Of a stretch of 16,027 nucleotides of DNA, positions 15,597 through 16,027 are shown one piece after another; position 1 is the stretch's first letter, and every line of letters starts with the position of its first letter. The notes beneath the pieces were generated by a model. The model worked only from the letters and a program-made list of their open reading frames with translations. It was not told where the DNA came from and searched no databases. The stretch is from positions 1 through 16,027 of the forward strand of contig JBDRDL010000011.1 of the NCBI GenBank assembly GCA_043820925.1, given 5' to 3'. A program made the position numbers and the translations under genes. Origin of the DNA: Methanobacteriota archaeon (GTDB lineage Archaea; Hydrothermarchaeota; Hydrothermarchaeia; Hydrothermarchaeales; JACRDW01).

Positions 15597-15671
15597 TTTC
15601 CGATGAAGATTGAACCCAAGCCTGACTACTTCTTTGAAGTAGAAGGATGAACGTTTGGAGCGCTGAGGAAA
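15597..15671 (+). ncRNA. Box C/D 2'-O-methylation guide sRNA
   Basis: Terminal stem TTTCC/GGAAA; box C ATGAAGA (15603-09); 12-nt guide; box D' CTGA (15622-25); hairpin CTACTTC-TTT-GAAGTAG; box C' AGGATGA (15644-50); 12-nt guide; box D CTGA (15663-66). Confidence 0.85.
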
Positions 15672-15675
15672 ATCT

Positions 15676-16027
15676 ATGAATATCGAAGAAATTGTGAATC
15701 AGGTCAGGCACAATTGCGAAATCTCAAATGCAAGAAGCTGGGGAGGATATTCTATCTGCGGGCTTTTGTTGAGATTGAGGGAGCTGTATAAATGGGAAAT
15801 TGAAGCGCAGCCATGGGCAAAAATCGATACCCCTGCTTTGATGAGCTGGATTGATGAGAAAGAAAGGAAATGGAAGGAAATATCTAACCGAGAATTCAGA
15901 AACATAGAAATAAACGGAATTTTGCACAATCCGTTTGACGTTGAAAAGATAAATGAAGAGCTGCCGCAGGGATTTTTATACGGCGCAGGTTACGTAGCTG
16001 CGATGAGACCTTCTTTTTTCCTTGCCC
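15676..16027 (+). CDS. Uncharacterised protein resembling the Sfum_1244 family (partial, runs off the right edge)
   Basis: Open frame from ATG 15676: MNIEEIVNQVRHNCEISNARSWGGYSICGLLLRLRELYKWE...NPFDVEKIN...YGAGY...PSFFLA. GAGG upstream. Family recognised from memory only; the ORF is absent from the track because it has no stop in the window. Confidence 0.7.
   Translation, partial: MNIEEIVNQVRHNCEISNARSWGGYSICGLLLRLRELYKWEIEAQPWAKIDTPALMSWIDEKERKWKEISNREFRNIEINGILHNPFDVEKINEELPQGFLYGAGYVAAMRPSFFLA

Noticed and set aside
15511..15600. Possible tRNA-Trp exons around the C/D RNA
   Set aside because: No acceptor, D or T arm and no bulge-helix-bulge can be formed on either side, and the 3' flank runs straight into a CDS.
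1..16027. CRISPR array, transposase/integrase, tRNA or rRNA genes
   Set aside because: No regularly spaced direct repeats, no recombinase or transposase motifs, and no cloverleaf or rRNA-like sequence seen.

Overview
Archaeal (anaerobe-type) housekeeping and carbon-metabolism window. On the minus strand are a split class I fumarate-hydratase-like pair, a homocitrate-synthase-like (LeuA family) gene, LeuC/LeuD-family dehydratase subunits, the ACS module cdhC-cdhD-cdhE (no CODH cdhA/cdhB and no cooC in view) and a stand-alone Lrp/AsnC ligand-binding domain. These are followed by pheS-pheT (+); trpS, an SPL-like radical SAM gene, a Cys-rich ORF and a small membrane protein (-); an AbrB/VapC toxin-antitoxin pair (+); tRNA splicing endonuclease endA (-); and a partial Sfum_1244-like gene (+). 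Two features are not in the ORF track. (1) A well-formed box C/D guide RNA at about 15597-15671. Its D guide is complementary to a tRNA-Trp(CCA)-like anticodon stem-loop with the +5 rule landing on C34, and it sits beside endA and near trpS. (2) A dispersed family of short multi-hairpin repeats with GNA/GNNA loops and compensatory base changes, found between genes and also inside the coding sequences of cdhD and the LeuC-like gene. All calls come from reading the sequence by eye; no database searches were run.
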